Shown: positions 8,168 to 18,356 of the stretch, in pieces
How the letters are laid out: each line of letters begins with the position of its first letter
How positions within the stretch are numbered: position 1 is the first letter of the stretch
Notes under the pieces: generated by a model
Database searches by the model: none
Told to the model about the DNA's origin: nothing
Seen by the model: the letters and a program-made list of their open reading frames with translations, nothing else
From: Candidatus Poribacteria bacterium
GTDB taxonomy: Bacteria; Poribacteria; WGA-4E; WGA-3G
Length of the DNA: 64,000 nt
Direction: 5' to 3'
Assembly (NCBI GenBank): GCA_028824685.1
Contig: JAPPCZ010000023.1
Coordinates: 257-64,256, forward strand
Position numbers and translations under genes: made by a program

Positions 8168-10519
8168 TCATTTCCTAATAAGCATTTTGCGTGTAGCGGA
8201 GAAGTCGCCAGCATTGATCGTATAGAGATAAACACCACTACTCACAGATTCACCTTTATCATTACGACCATCCCAGTGAACTGCTTGCGATTGTGAAGAA
8301 TAATCTCCCGCAACCATTATCCCTGGTGATAGAGATCGAACCAACTGACCTGTCGGGGTGTAGATGCGAATGGTTACATCACTTTTGTCCGCAAGTTTAA
8401 ACGGAATCCAAGTTTCCGGATTGAAGGGGTTAGGAAAGTTTTGTAGTAGCTGGTTTTTCTTTATCTGCCCAAGTGTGACAAACTGCTTGCCTTTAGGTTC
8501 AACAGGATAGGGTAGGAATGATAACATGTTATTTAAATCCCATAATTGATACTCTCGCTGTGAATTATGCGTAAGTAATAATGATCCATCTTGACTCATG
8601 TTCAGAAACCATGGCAGAGACGGTTGATTGATTAGTCTACTCCTCTGCCAATCCCAGATTTGGAAGTTTTCATCTCGGTATGCAAATAGATAGCGGTTAT
8701 CAACACTAAATTGTATAGGAAACTCTCCATCCAACGTTGTTAAAAGCAGTGGTTTATCCGGTAAGAGTTTCCAAATATGGATTCCATCTTTACCGTTTCC
8801 TGCTAACACTGTAGAACCGTCTGCGTCGGTCATAAATGCAGGTGATGAAGCAAATGCTCCTTCCCATGCATATTGAAAGACGAAAGTATTTTCCTCGCGT
8901 TTCCACAACAGAATCCAATATTTATGGTTATTATCATCTATTTTTGTTCTTCCCGATGTTACAAAATGTCTATCATTTTCACTGAAACCTATCTGATAGC
9001 TGCTGGATAATCCCACTTCAAATGGTGGGATGAGGCGCTGTTTGTTTTCAGGAAATTCAACGTTCAAGATATCTGTCCTACCCCAATGATCTTTAACTGC
9101 AAGCCATTTTCCAGAAGAACTAAAGGTAATCTTCTCAGGAAGTTGGACGTAATGCGGAAATTGTGTTTCAACTTTACCCGTTTGAATGTCACGTATTTCA
9201 ACAAAAGGTTCTTTACCGACTGCGAATTTTTGACTGTCAGGAGAGATAGTGACCGTGTTAAATTTATAGTCTCCTGCTGAAACAAGTAGCCGCATCTGTT
9301 GAGAAGCAACATCCCACGATTTAATAAAGTGTGAAGATATGGCAATTACAGTTTTACCGTCAGGGCTTAACGCAACACTTTTATTATCAGTAGGCCACCA
9401 AGGCCACCAAGCAGCGATGAAATCTGTCCACATCCGGTGTATCCGTTTATTTTCAATGTCCCACATGATTTCGCCATCCGTATATAATAAAAGTGCCTTT
9501 TTACCGTCGGGTGAAATTGTTATAGTTTGTAAACCTTTGAATTCTGTCTCAAACATATCAATCTGTTGTCCTGAATTGACATCCCACACGCGTACTCTCT
9601 CATCCCAACCTACCCATGGATTAGGACCAGTCATACTTATGCTACCTGTTCTTGATGCGACATACAGTCGTTGGCTGTCCGGACTGAATGTCACCATTGT
9701 AACGCTTCCGATTGCGCTTTTCGCCTTCCATAATAAGTGTTGTGCCTTCGTGTGCCACACATAAACAAAACCTGCTATCCTATCAAAGGACGCGATATAT
9801 TTTCCATCAGGACTGATAACCACACCGTTAACCCAGTTTCCGATATGTCCTTCAAGGTGACCTTCTAATTGTAGTCTTTCAACATTCCACAATTCAATAT
9901 CTGGCCGCATTGAGGCGACAATGAGATAGCGACCATCCGGGCTAAAAACCGATGCAAAATCACGAATAGGACTTCGACAAGTCCTCCAACGACCGTTGAC
10001 GTAGTAACATGTGTCCGCGGGTCGACGATCTCCTATCATCGTTCCAATGAACTCACCGGTTTGCCAATTCCAAAGATGAATCTCATCGTCAACAGAGATA
10101 GCAAGCAATGGTTGGATAGGGCTAAATGCTGCGACATCGTTATCGCCTTCAATTTCCCACGTGGCTATCCGTTCAAGGGCATTAACATCCCAAATTTCGA
10201 CTTTAGTTTTCTGTGGATGTCCAAACGAATTAAAAATTGCAAGATGTGTACCATCTGGACTAAACACAACATCGCTGTAATATGTCAGATTGCCAAATTT
10301 ATCCATGACCTCACCTGTATTGGCATCAACAACCTGAATGTGTGATGGGACAACGCGCAGGATTGTCCCGTTGTCAAGGTAGGCATGTTGTTTTGGTAGA
10401 GGCTGTCCAATCTTAGCAATGGGTTCAATTGCAGACGAAATGTAAGGCATGCAGACGATGCAAATCATTGCTATATAAACTTGCAAGTATTGTCTAAATT
10501 GGATGGTAAAGGTTGTCAT
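8168..10519 (-). CDS. secreted WD40/β-propeller repeat protein with T9SS-type (Por_Secre_tail-like) C-terminal domain
   Basis: Many FSPDG/ISPDG/WDV WD40-like blades. The C-terminal ~85 aa (FPNPFNPETWIPFKL...IRIYTPTGQLVRSL...WDGRNDKGESVSSGVYLYTINAGDFSATRKMLIRK) match the T9SS C-terminal sorting domain consensus. Confidence 0.6.
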   Translation of the reverse strand: MTTFTIQFRQYLQVYIAMICIVCMPYISSAIEPIAKIGQPLPKQHAYLDNGTILRVVPSHIQVVDANTGEVMDKFGNLTYYSDVVFSPDGTHLAIFNSFGHPQKTKVEIWDVNALERIATWEIEGDNDVAAFSPIQPLLAISVDDEIHLWNWQTGEFIGTMIGDRRPADTCYYVNGRWRTCRSPIRDFASVFSPDGRYLIVASMRPDIELWNVERLQLEGHLEGHIGNWVNGVVISPDGKYIASFDRIAGFVYVWHTKAQHLLWKAKSAIGSVTMVTFSPDSQRLYVASRTGSISMTGPNPWVGWDERVRVWDVNSGQQIDMFETEFKGLQTITISPDGKKALLLYTDGEIMWDIENKRIHRMWTDFIAAWWPWWPTDNKSVALSPDGKTVIAISSHFIKSWDVASQQMRLLVSAGDYKFNTVTISPDSQKFAVGKEPFVEIRDIQTGKVETQFPHYVQLPEKITFSSSGKWLAVKDHWGRTDILNVEFPENKQRLIPPFEVGLSSSYQIGFSENDRHFVTSGRTKIDDNNHKYWILLWKREENTFVFQYAWEGAFASSPAFMTDADGSTVLAGNGKDGIHIWKLLPDKPLLLTTLDGEFPIQFSVDNRYLFAYRDENFQIWDWQRSRLINQPSLPWFLNMSQDGSLLLTHNSQREYQLWDLNNMLSFLPYPVEPKGKQFVTLGQIKKNQLLQNFPNPFNPETWIPFKLADKSDVTIRIYTPTGQLVRSLSPGIMVAGDYSSQSQAVHWDGRNDKGESVSSGVYLYTINAGDFSATRKMLIRK

Positions 10520-10618
10520 GATGTATCTCCGATTTTTTAGGTGTTGAAACTTGTAGGTAATCCAAGTGCTTTCGCTGAGGAATTGACTGAATTATAATAT
10601 CCTCATGATTTGACAGAT

Positions 10619-13600
10619 TTAAAAACCCATCATCGCTCGCACATACGTTATATTACTCGTTGTATGCTGGAACAGGTGCGTGGTTCTGCGGTAGCCTGCA
10701 AGAATGACAATATGGAAACCGAGACGTTCACCTTTGTTGATGGCTTGGATTTCAAAAATACGAGTCCGCAGGTCAGGACGGTATAGGTTTGGAACGTTAA
10801 CGTCAGCTGCGAAATTTCGCAGATAATTCTTGAAGTTTTTATCCCGATTAATGAACTCCCTATATTGGAATCCACCAAGGACTTTGGTTCTTTGCGTAAA
10901 CCTATAATCAAGACGGACACCGAGAATATCCTCTCGACTTCTACGATTGAATCGCAAATATTCAACTGTTTGATCATCGGTTGGAAGAAACAAGTCAGGG
11001 TTGAGTGTTTTGGGAATTTCATCGGCAGTTCGGTCAAAAGCAAGGTCCCAGACGTACTTAACCATAGGAGTTAGCACTAAATCATCACTAAATTTATTAG
11101 CAAATGGAATTTTGTTAACAAATGGGAGAACCTCAAGTGGGATTTCGTAACTCGCCTTCAAAATGGTTAGTTGATTACGAATGTTCCGTTCGGGGTAACG
11201 TCGTGTTTTCCAGTTCGCAGCGTCATAGATTAAACCGGTGTCAGACGGATCAAGTGCGTTAATTCCATGATCAGGATAGAACGGATGTTCACGCCTTTCT
11301 CCGCTAATCCGCACCTGCTCAATAGGCACCATAAAGTCAACACGTTCATCAGGTTCAAAGTTCTCTGAAACTGGGTCGTATTCAACATCTGTGAAAAGTG
11401 CTTTTTCTACATTCTGTTCAAACTGTTTTTGCATGACAACCAAGCATTTAGCTTCAAGTGTCAAGTTTGATATTGCGGTATAGAGGCATTGGAGTGTTGT
11501 TGTATTTGAGCGAACGTTAAAAAAATCAAGTTCGTCATTAATTTGCATCACTTCCAATTCTCCAACAGGCAAAGTAATTGTATAATCTGGAATATCATCC
11601 TGCACTCGGACAAAGCGATTTTGGAAGTTAAAGCTACCAAAATCAGGGATGTCGCGTTCGTAAGTAACATGAATGTATTTTGAGTTATTTTTACGTCTAC
11701 TTGAAATTTCGCTCTCGTTTAACCAACCAACTTGGATAGCGAGGTTATCAAGTAGGTCATATCTTGCTTTAAGATGATAACCCTGACGGTCTATTCCGTA
11801 TTCGTATTGGGGTTCAAAGTCATCCTCAATTGAATCAATAGTGCCGTTATTATTTAGATCGATAGGGTTGGTAAACATAGGAGGGTCAACATCAAAAATA
11901 AGAAAATCTTCTTGATAGTCTAATACCCCGTTCTGATCTCGGTCATCAGCACGTGGAAGTACCCCATCAAAGTCAATGTCATCGGGCCAGCCATCTCCGT
12001 CATCGTCATCCTCAATCAATGTATAATTGATTGCATCCCATGAAGGCAGTTCGTCTAAAGGATCTTGTTGTACAGGCCGAACGCGTTCAAGCATGAAAAG
12101 TTGACCTCGGTTGGCATGTGCACCGAAATTCAGGTAGTTGGTTGTGTAGCCTGGATCAATATGATACAAAACACCTTCTAAGTGTAGTTTTTCAAAGCGA
12201 GATTCAAGTTGGACGAACCACGCCGTTTCTCTACCGAGTTTTCCGTTGTCACCTACATCAGTTCCGTCACCGCCTAAAAAACCTTCAAATCGTTCACCTT
12301 CGGTTTCAGAGTAGGTAGGAATACCATTTGCGTCTACTGGGAGTCCGCTGCGGCGATCAATAGAGACGCCCGTTGATTCCTCACCGCCGCGGGTCTTAAC
12401 AGTGGTTTGGGTTCGACTAAACCCTACCTTATCTTTGGGAACAGTCGGATACTGTTTATACTTACCATTTATAGAATATTGTGCCCTGACGCGAACATTA
12501 CCGACAGTCCCTTCAAGGTCAATTCCGTAGAGAGTAGCAGCACGTGCGGCACCATAACGGTACCGGACTTTCCGAGGTCTTCCTTCACCTTTCCATTCAC
12601 TGGGATTATCTATAAGTTTTTCCCTATTTTGGGTGTAATCTGGAGATTGCCCATAATTCCCTGGTGCCTGAATTATGTCGCGATACGGCATCTGAATGTG
12701 ACCATCTTCAGTTTTAATCCATTCTTGTAATTCGGGGTTTGACGTTGCTTGATTTGCTCTACTAAAACCGATAACCGCTATATTATAATCGCCTGCAACA
12801 ACCATCTCAAATACAACGGATTTGACTGTTCTCGGGTCAATATTAATCTTATCATCAGTGAGAACAAGATCATATTTCATTTTGTTGAAACCGTTGACGA
12901 TTTTCCATTTCCCATCAACGGAATCACGTATTTGGGATTGTCCTCCGGCGTGATTAACCGGCACAAGCTGGTCTGCGTAGACCTCAAAATGATGAGTCTG
13001 CTCAGGTAGATGATCAGGTTCAATACCTTCTTCTATATCTTCAGGAATTAATTCTTCAAGTTCTTGTGTGACGACGGTAATCTTCATGCTTTTAAAAGCT
13101 GCACCGACACCATCTTGGATATTACCGCTATGTTCGTCTGGATTATAAGCATCAAAATCAGTGAAAGCTCTTGTGTGATTATCCTCAGGCGAGTCATCAC
13201 GAAAAACAATGGAAATTTTTTCAGGAGGAGTATTTGCAACGGTCCCCATTAATGAATTTATCAAGCGTTCAGGATGTACTTTATGCATATTTACATAAGT
13301 AAATCCGACACGGAAATTTTCACCTAAAAGACCCTGGCCACGAAAACCTACGAGTCGAGCGTCTTCAATGTTCCTGACACCAGACAATGCGTTGAGTCCG
13401 CTTCGGCGTCCAAGCTCACCTGCAAGTCTCTGTGTTCCGCCTGGCGATTCTTCTAATCGCATAGGATTTGAAATACGTGAATGGATGAGACTAAAGAGAT
13501 GGTGCTCTTGGGCAAAAGAGATATCCCACCGAAGTCCATCAAACTCAGTTTTGTAAAGAATATATCGATTTGGAAACAGGGTATCGGGTTTGAATCGCAG

Positions 13601-13984
13601 GTGATCACCAATAGCAAACTCTGTATACCTACCGAGAAAAGTTTCTTCAACCAAGATGGCACGGTCCAATTGAGTTGTGAAGCGAAGAGTATCAAGCTGA
13701 CCTGACCAGCCAACAACTAATTTACCATTCTTATCAAATTCTTTTCGATCAGTGTATGTGTTAAGTTCGTTGCCTTCCAGAATCTCTTTTCCGTAAAGGT
13801 CATGAAAGAATTGCGGTTCTTCTTCTAATTGGAATCTATCTGAGAATTTGGCTTCACTCTCAATGATAGGTAAGAGGGGTTCATGCGGTCCGAGACTATC
13901 CGCACCACAGCCATAGAAAACCGATGTACTAAGGATGCAAGTCGCTACAAGGAGAGAATAAATCGCTCGTTTTAACTTCTTCAT
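10619..13984 (-). CDS. large secreted/outer-membrane protein with Asp-rich calcium-binding (thrombospondin-type-3/dockerin-like) loops; C-terminal Phe
   Basis: 1121 aa. Signal peptide with Cys (VFYGCG). Asp-rich segment DDDDGDGWPDDIDFDG...NGVLDYQEDFLIFDVD. Ends ...AMMGF, an OM β-barrel-like terminal aromatic. Paralogous segment in 29337..31289. Confidence 0.4.
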   Translation of the reverse strand: MKKLKRAIYSLLVATCILSTSVFYGCGADSLGPHEPLLPIIESEAKFSDRFQLEEEPQFFHDLYGKEILEGNELNTYTDRKEFDKNGKLVVGWSGQLDTLRFTTQLDRAILVEETFLGRYTEFAIGDHLRFKPDTLFPNRYILYKTEFDGLRWDISFAQEHHLFSLIHSRISNPMRLEESPGGTQRLAGELGRRSGLNALSGVRNIEDARLVGFRGQGLLGENFRVGFTYVNMHKVHPERLINSLMGTVANTPPEKISIVFRDDSPEDNHTRAFTDFDAYNPDEHSGNIQDGVGAAFKSMKITVVTQELEELIPEDIEEGIEPDHLPEQTHHFEVYADQLVPVNHAGGQSQIRDSVDGKWKIVNGFNKMKYDLVLTDDKINIDPRTVKSVVFEMVVAGDYNIAVIGFSRANQATSNPELQEWIKTEDGHIQMPYRDIIQAPGNYGQSPDYTQNREKLIDNPSEWKGEGRPRKVRYRYGAARAATLYGIDLEGTVGNVRVRAQYSINGKYKQYPTVPKDKVGFSRTQTTVKTRGGEESTGVSIDRRSGLPVDANGIPTYSETEGERFEGFLGGDGTDVGDNGKLGRETAWFVQLESRFEKLHLEGVLYHIDPGYTTNYLNFGAHANRGQLFMLERVRPVQQDPLDELPSWDAINYTLIEDDDDGDGWPDDIDFDGVLPRADDRDQNGVLDYQEDFLIFDVDPPMFTNPIDLNNNGTIDSIEDDFEPQYEYGIDRQGYHLKARYDLLDNLAIQVGWLNESEISSRRKNNSKYIHVTYERDIPDFGSFNFQNRFVRVQDDIPDYTITLPVGELEVMQINDELDFFNVRSNTTTLQCLYTAISNLTLEAKCLVVMQKQFEQNVEKALFTDVEYDPVSENFEPDERVDFMVPIEQVRISGERREHPFYPDHGINALDPSDTGLIYDAANWKTRRYPERNIRNQLTILKASYEIPLEVLPFVNKIPFANKFSDDLVLTPMVKYVWDLAFDRTADEIPKTLNPDLFLPTDDQTVEYLRFNRRSREDILGVRLDYRFTQRTKVLGGFQYREFINRDKNFKNYLRNFAADVNVPNLYRPDLRTRIFEIQAINKGERLGFHIVILAGYRRTTHLFQHTTSNITYVRAMMGF

Positions 13985-14595
13985 TGGTTTTGTTCCTTCT
14001 TAGGGATGAAAGAACCGTAGTCTAACAGATTCCGATGCCAATCAATCTCTATCAATCACGTGTTAATATTGGCGCAAATTTTGTGCCAAAGATATTTGAC
14101 AAAGAAGCGCAGAAATACTATATGAGGTGGGATTGAATACGAATTGCCTGCACAAGAACGTGCAACGGCACCTGACATTGCACGATTTTGGGCATACCCT
14201 GAACAATCGTCTATTCTTTATTGAACAAATAATTGAGATTGCCAACATTGGGTGTAAAGAGGATTGCAATGCCATTAATACCGTCTCATTTTAAGATAAG
14301 CATTTTGCATGTAGCAGTTGGTTTCATCTTATCTGTCCCAGTGTAACCAACTTTTTCCACGAGGCCCAACTGGATAAGGTAGGAAATTTAGCAGATTTTA
14401 GGTATCTCAGATTTGGAATTGTCCCTACACCCGGTACGATATTAGAACGGAACCATCTTGGCTGAGAAAGTTATATTCTGGAAAAGGCTCACGCTAAGTA
14501 GATCTACTTGTCTGCCAGTCCCAGATTTGCAAGTGATTGTCTTGATTTGCAAGAGATAGCGACTATCTGGACTAATTGCTCGGGATCATCTCCAT

Positions 14596-15534
14596 TTAAC
14601 GCTTAAGTTTTGCCCATGTAATTGTAAGTTTTCCCGTAGGTTCAATAGCAAGTGCTGAATTATCTGCCCAAGTCAAACCATAAGCAGAATAAGGTATTTC
14701 AACGAGGCGTCGCATTTTAAAAGTGTGTCGAGAAATAGTATATAATACACTTGACCGAGTTTCATGATAATAGGAAAAAAATGCAATATAATTATCATCA
14801 GGTGACCACGCTACTTGATAGGTTCGATATGAACCATTTGGATTTAACCTGCGATGATTGGTACCATTCGCCTTGGCAATGTAAACACCCCCATCACCGG
14901 CTACTGAACCGTATGCAATATGCTTGCCATCGTGTGAAAAGCTAAAGAAAGCACCGGGTGTGCCGAAGAATGAAGCACCTTTGTGAAATAGATTATGCTC
15001 TTTGGGCCTTCTTGGTTTTGGAATATCAATTTCCCAATATTTTTTCCGACTCGTATTAAAATCCATATAAAAAATCGAACGTGAATCTGGTGCCCATGCG
15101 AGACGTCGTAGACGTCGTTGATGGGATGTTAATTGGCGGCTTTCTCCGCTTTTAACCGAGATGAGAAAGATTTCAGAAAACTCAGGAATTCCAAGATACG
15201 CAATCCACTTTCCATCAGGAGACCACGCGAAATCAAAATATAGTCGAGCATCAAGTTTTATTTCTTTGATACGCTTGCCAGTTCCTGTTTCAAGTATCTC
15301 AATAACCTTTCCCGGTTGCCACACGGCCAAATATTGACCGTCATGTGATGGTCGGGCGGCAGGTACATCAAACAACTTTGTATGTTTAGTTCCGTTAGTC
15401 CTGATTGCATAGACACCTTCACCTCTGGCAGTATAGATTATATAGCCTTTTGCCCAGCATAGGTTTGCAATAAATAAACTACCGATTACAGACCAAAATA
15501 TAACTGTCAGAAGAATTCTTTTTGAAGATTTCAT
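14596..15534 (-). CDS. secreted PD40/TolB-like β-propeller repeat protein with TTTW-type C-terminal tail
   Basis: PD40-like repeats (AWSPDGKWIAY, AWAPDSRSIFY, AWSPDDNYIAF). Signal peptide present. Ends KLTITWAKLKR. A 4-nt overlap with the upstream gene suggests an operon. Confidence 0.55.
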   Translation of the reverse strand: MKSSKRILLTVIFWSVIGSLFIANLCWAKGYIIYTARGEGVYAIRTNGTKHTKLFDVPAARPSHDGQYLAVWQPGKVIEILETGTGKRIKEIKLDARLYFDFAWSPDGKWIAYLGIPEFSEIFLISVKSGESRQLTSHQRRLRRLAWAPDSRSIFYMDFNTSRKKYWEIDIPKPRRPKEHNLFHKGASFFGTPGAFFSFSHDGKHIAYGSVAGDGGVYIAKANGTNHRRLNPNGSYRTYQVAWSPDDNYIAFFSYYHETRSSVLYTISRHTFKMRRLVEIPYSAYGLTWADNSALAIEPTGKLTITWAKLKR

Positions 15535-16385
15535 TTTTTAAGTTTTCCCGATGTGGTTGTGAGTTTACTTTGCGCTTCTACCGGCATAGCACCACTCCTC
15601 CAGAGATCATAACCGTTCTCCGTTTCATCTTTAAACCTTCCAGACCAAGGTGCTTCATCAAAGTGCCAGAGAGAAATCGTGTGTTCATCTATTCTGAATT
15701 TTCCTTTCGGAACTTTCCACTCTGGACCTTTATATCGCACGATATTTGAGATTCGGACTTCATCAATATACCCACGTAATTTCAGATTTTCTCCTTTAAA
15801 ATGCGATTTATTTACGTTTTGTGCAACGATTCCACCGATGCGAAGTGGTTTATCTGATCTGATAAGATGCCCACCCGGACAACATGCATTTCCTCCTTTA
15901 CCGTTAACTCCGTCTCCGGCTGATGCGTCGTAAAGCGCAACGACGTGCACCCATTTCCTTGTCGGTAGTGAGTCTCCTCCAGCAGAGAGTCCGTGATCTG
16001 CTCCTTCAGCATACCCCCATGTGCCTAATGTGTCTTTATTACCACCGTAAAGCACCAAACCAAAGCGTCCCTCCTGACCGATGATTGTCCAGAAAGTGCC
16101 AAATTCAGGTGGTTCTTCAAAATATATCCATGCTTCAGCGGTCAATCCTTCAAACTGTTCATCGGGAAACCACGCCTCACTTGTTCCAACAAAATCGTGT
16201 GTTTCATCCAGACGCAACATCCTGCCACCCGCAGGAGACGGTGGCACTGCGTTAGCACTCAGCAATATCCAAGTGAGTAAAATGATACATGTGACGAGTT
16301 GTTGAAATATAGTTTTCAGAAATCTTTTCCGCGCGATTCCAGAAACCGTCACGTATTGTGCTAAAAAATTAGTAAATTTTTTCAT
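15531..16385 (-). CDS. secreted LamG/concanavalin A-like domain protein with C-terminal tail (paralog A)
   Basis: LamG signature FKGENLKLRGYIDEVRISNIVR. Ends KLTTTSGKLKK. The likely start at 16385 (MKKFTNFL) overlaps the upstream stop in an ATGA arrangement; the tool start at 16403 falls inside the upstream gene's tail-coding sequence. Confidence 0.55.
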   Translation of the reverse strand: MKKFTNFLAQYVTVSGIARKRFLKTIFQQLVTCIILLTWILLSANAVPPSPAGGRMLRLDETHDFVGTSEAWFPDEQFEGLTAEAWIYFEEPPEFGTFWTIIGQEGRFGLVLYGGNKDTLGTWGYAEGADHGLSAGGDSLPTRKWVHVVALYDASAGDGVNGKGGNACCPGGHLIRSDKPLRIGGIVAQNVNKSHFKGENLKLRGYIDEVRISNIVRYKGPEWKVPKGKFRIDEHTISLWHFDEAPWSGRFKDETENGYDLWRSGAMPVEAQSKLTTTSGKLKK

Positions 16386-17182
16386 TTTTTTAGTTTTCCC
16401 CATGTCATTGTGAGTTTTCCTTGTGCTTCTACCGGCATAGCACCACTTCTCCAGAGGTCATAACCGTTCTCCGTTTCATCTTTGAAACGACCTGACCACG
16501 GTGCTTCATCAAAGTGCCACAATGAAATGGTATTTTTATCTACTTTAAATTTATGTCGTGGAACTTTCCAATTGGGTCCTTTATATCGGACGATATTTGA
16601 AATTCGCACTTCATCTACGTAGCCTCGGAATTTGGCGTTTTCTCCTACAATATGTGAGCGATTAACCGTATCTTGTGGGACAATTCCACCAATACGAAAT
16701 GGATTATCGGATTTGATAAGATGCCCTTTGGGACAACACCAATTTCCGCCTTTTCCATCAACACCTTTTCCAGGGGAGGCATCAAATAATGCAGCGACAT
16801 GCACCCATTTATTCTTATTAAAAAGACTGCCACCAATTCCAATATCGGAACCAGCATCAATACCATAACCCCATACACCTAATGAAAGTAGATTTGCTTT
16901 TTCCAGTCGTCTACCTAAGAGAATCAAACCGAAACGTCCTTCCTGACCAAAGATAGTCCATAAATCTGGTGGTTTAGGAATCTCTTCCATATAAATCCAA
17001 GCTTCAACGGTTAATCCTGTAAATTCTGCCTCTGGGAACCAAGCCTGACCAGTGCCGATGAAATCGTGTGTTTCATCTAACCGCAACATCCTGCCACCCG
17101 CAGGAGACGGTGGCACTGCGTTAGCACATAGTGAAATCAATGTAAGTAATAGTACACATGTAAATATGCGTGGATATATCAT
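16382..17182 (-). CDS. secreted LamG/concanavalin A-like domain protein with C-terminal tail (paralog B)
   Basis: About 65% identical to 15531..16385 and shares stretches of near-identical DNA. LamG signature AKFRGYVDEVRISNIVR. Ends KLTMTWGKLKK. Its start forms an ATGA overlap with the stop of the upstream lipoprotein gene. Confidence 0.55.
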   Translation of the reverse strand: MIYPRIFTCVLLLTLISLCANAVPPSPAGGRMLRLDETHDFIGTGQAWFPEAEFTGLTVEAWIYMEEIPKPPDLWTIFGQEGRFGLILLGRRLEKANLLSLGVWGYGIDAGSDIGIGGSLFNKNKWVHVAALFDASPGKGVDGKGGNWCCPKGHLIKSDNPFRIGGIVPQDTVNRSHIVGENAKFRGYVDEVRISNIVRYKGPNWKVPRHKFKVDKNTISLWHFDEAPWSGRFKDETENGYDLWRSGAMPVEAQGKLTMTWGKLKK

Positions 17183-17601
17183 TCATTTTGCTCCTTTCTG
17201 TCTGCAATCGTGTAAAACTGAACCGTGTCAATATGACCGGTTCCTGTCGTTGAAGGTTTTATGATTTTTATAGCGTCTGTCTCAGCAATAAGTATGATTT
17301 CATACGGAAAACTAATTCCCCCATGTACTTTCTTCTTCGGTTCCCATCGATTGCGCTTATCGCGCACATAAATTTCAATGTTTTGGATTTTTCCATATCC
17401 AAGAAGTTTAATTTTGCGAACATTTGCTTTTTCTGGCATAGAATAAATCATACCGTAGAATACCGCCTTTTCTGTGACTGGCTGATTAATCAAAACATAT
17501 TCCTGTTCTGTAAAAAGTGCAGCACAACCTCCGAGTAATAATAAACTGAGCAGTATAAGAAATAGTTTCTTCTGTAGATGCATAGTTTTCTCCATATACA
17601 T
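17179..17601 (-). CDS. small lipoprotein, function unknown
   Basis: Lipobox LLLGGC. Paralog of 17632..18021 with shared motifs (TEQEY, VRDKRNRWEPKK/VRDEKNQWKP, HIDTVQFYT). Confidence 0.45.
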   Translation of the reverse strand: MYMEKTMHLQKKLFLILLSLLLLGGCAALFTEQEYVLINQPVTEKAVFYGMIYSMPEKANVRKIKLLGYGKIQNIEIYVRDKRNRWEPKKKVHGGISFPYEIILIAETDAIKIIKPSTTGTGHIDTVQFYTIADRKEQNE

Positions 17602-17631
17602 TCTGTTGGCAAGGAATTACCAGAGCACCGT

Positions 17632-18021
17632 TTATTCGTATTTATTTGTAAACGTGTAAAACTGAATCGTATCAATGTGGCCTTTTCCAACTATAGAACG
17701 TTGTGAAATCTTGACAGCATCTGTCTCAGCAGAAAGTAAAATCTCAAAAGGAAACTCAATTGCCTTTGTTATACGGGTGACTGGTTTCCATTGATTTTTT
17801 TCATCACGGACAGCAATATCAAAATTTTTAATTCTTCCTTTCCCGATAAGCACAATTTTTCGAACTTGTGAACTTTTCGGCATATAATAAATACTACCAG
17901 TGTTTATTATCTTTTCTGAGACTTTTTCATCTATCAATCTATACTCTTGCTCTGTTAAAAGTGCAGCGCAGCCCGTGAGTACGAAACAGATCAAAAGTAG
18001 GTATTTCAATCGAATCATCAT
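17632..18021 (-). CDS. small lipoprotein, tandem paralog of 17179..17601
   Basis: Lipobox VLTGCAALL and the same conserved blocks as its neighbour. Confidence 0.45.
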   Translation of the reverse strand: MMIRLKYLLLICFVLTGCAALLTEQEYRLIDEKVSEKIINTGSIYYMPKSSQVRKIVLIGKGRIKNFDIAVRDEKNQWKPVTRITKAIEFPFEILLSAETDAVKISQRSIVGKGHIDTIQFYTFTNKYE

Positions 18022-18356
18022 ATTTTCTCCTCAATACGGTTGATTAAAGGAACGAATCCGTAATTCCTTACTTGCAACATAAAGCAATTTTTATGCCAAA
18101 GATAATGTTATAATAAAAGAGGTCTAAATCAAGAATTTTCACCGATACGTCCGACAAAATGCTTGGTTGCTGTTCAATATCTGGACAGATCTGTTTAAAG
18201 TGTAGCCTTAACTTTAGATTGGTAAATGACTTCAGAATTTCTTGACGCGCGTCAATTTCTCAAGTATACTTGAGCATCGTAAAGAAATACCATCTTTAAA
18301 AAAAGAAACCTCGTTATCTTATCGTTAAGTCTCACTAACTTAACAACGGGGGTTGG

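Noticed and set aside
16386-16403. Tool start (MGKTKKMKKF) for the LamG gene 15531..16403
   Set aside because: Those codons are the tail-coding 3' end of the upstream gene (…WGKLKK*). The ATG at 16385 is the likely start.
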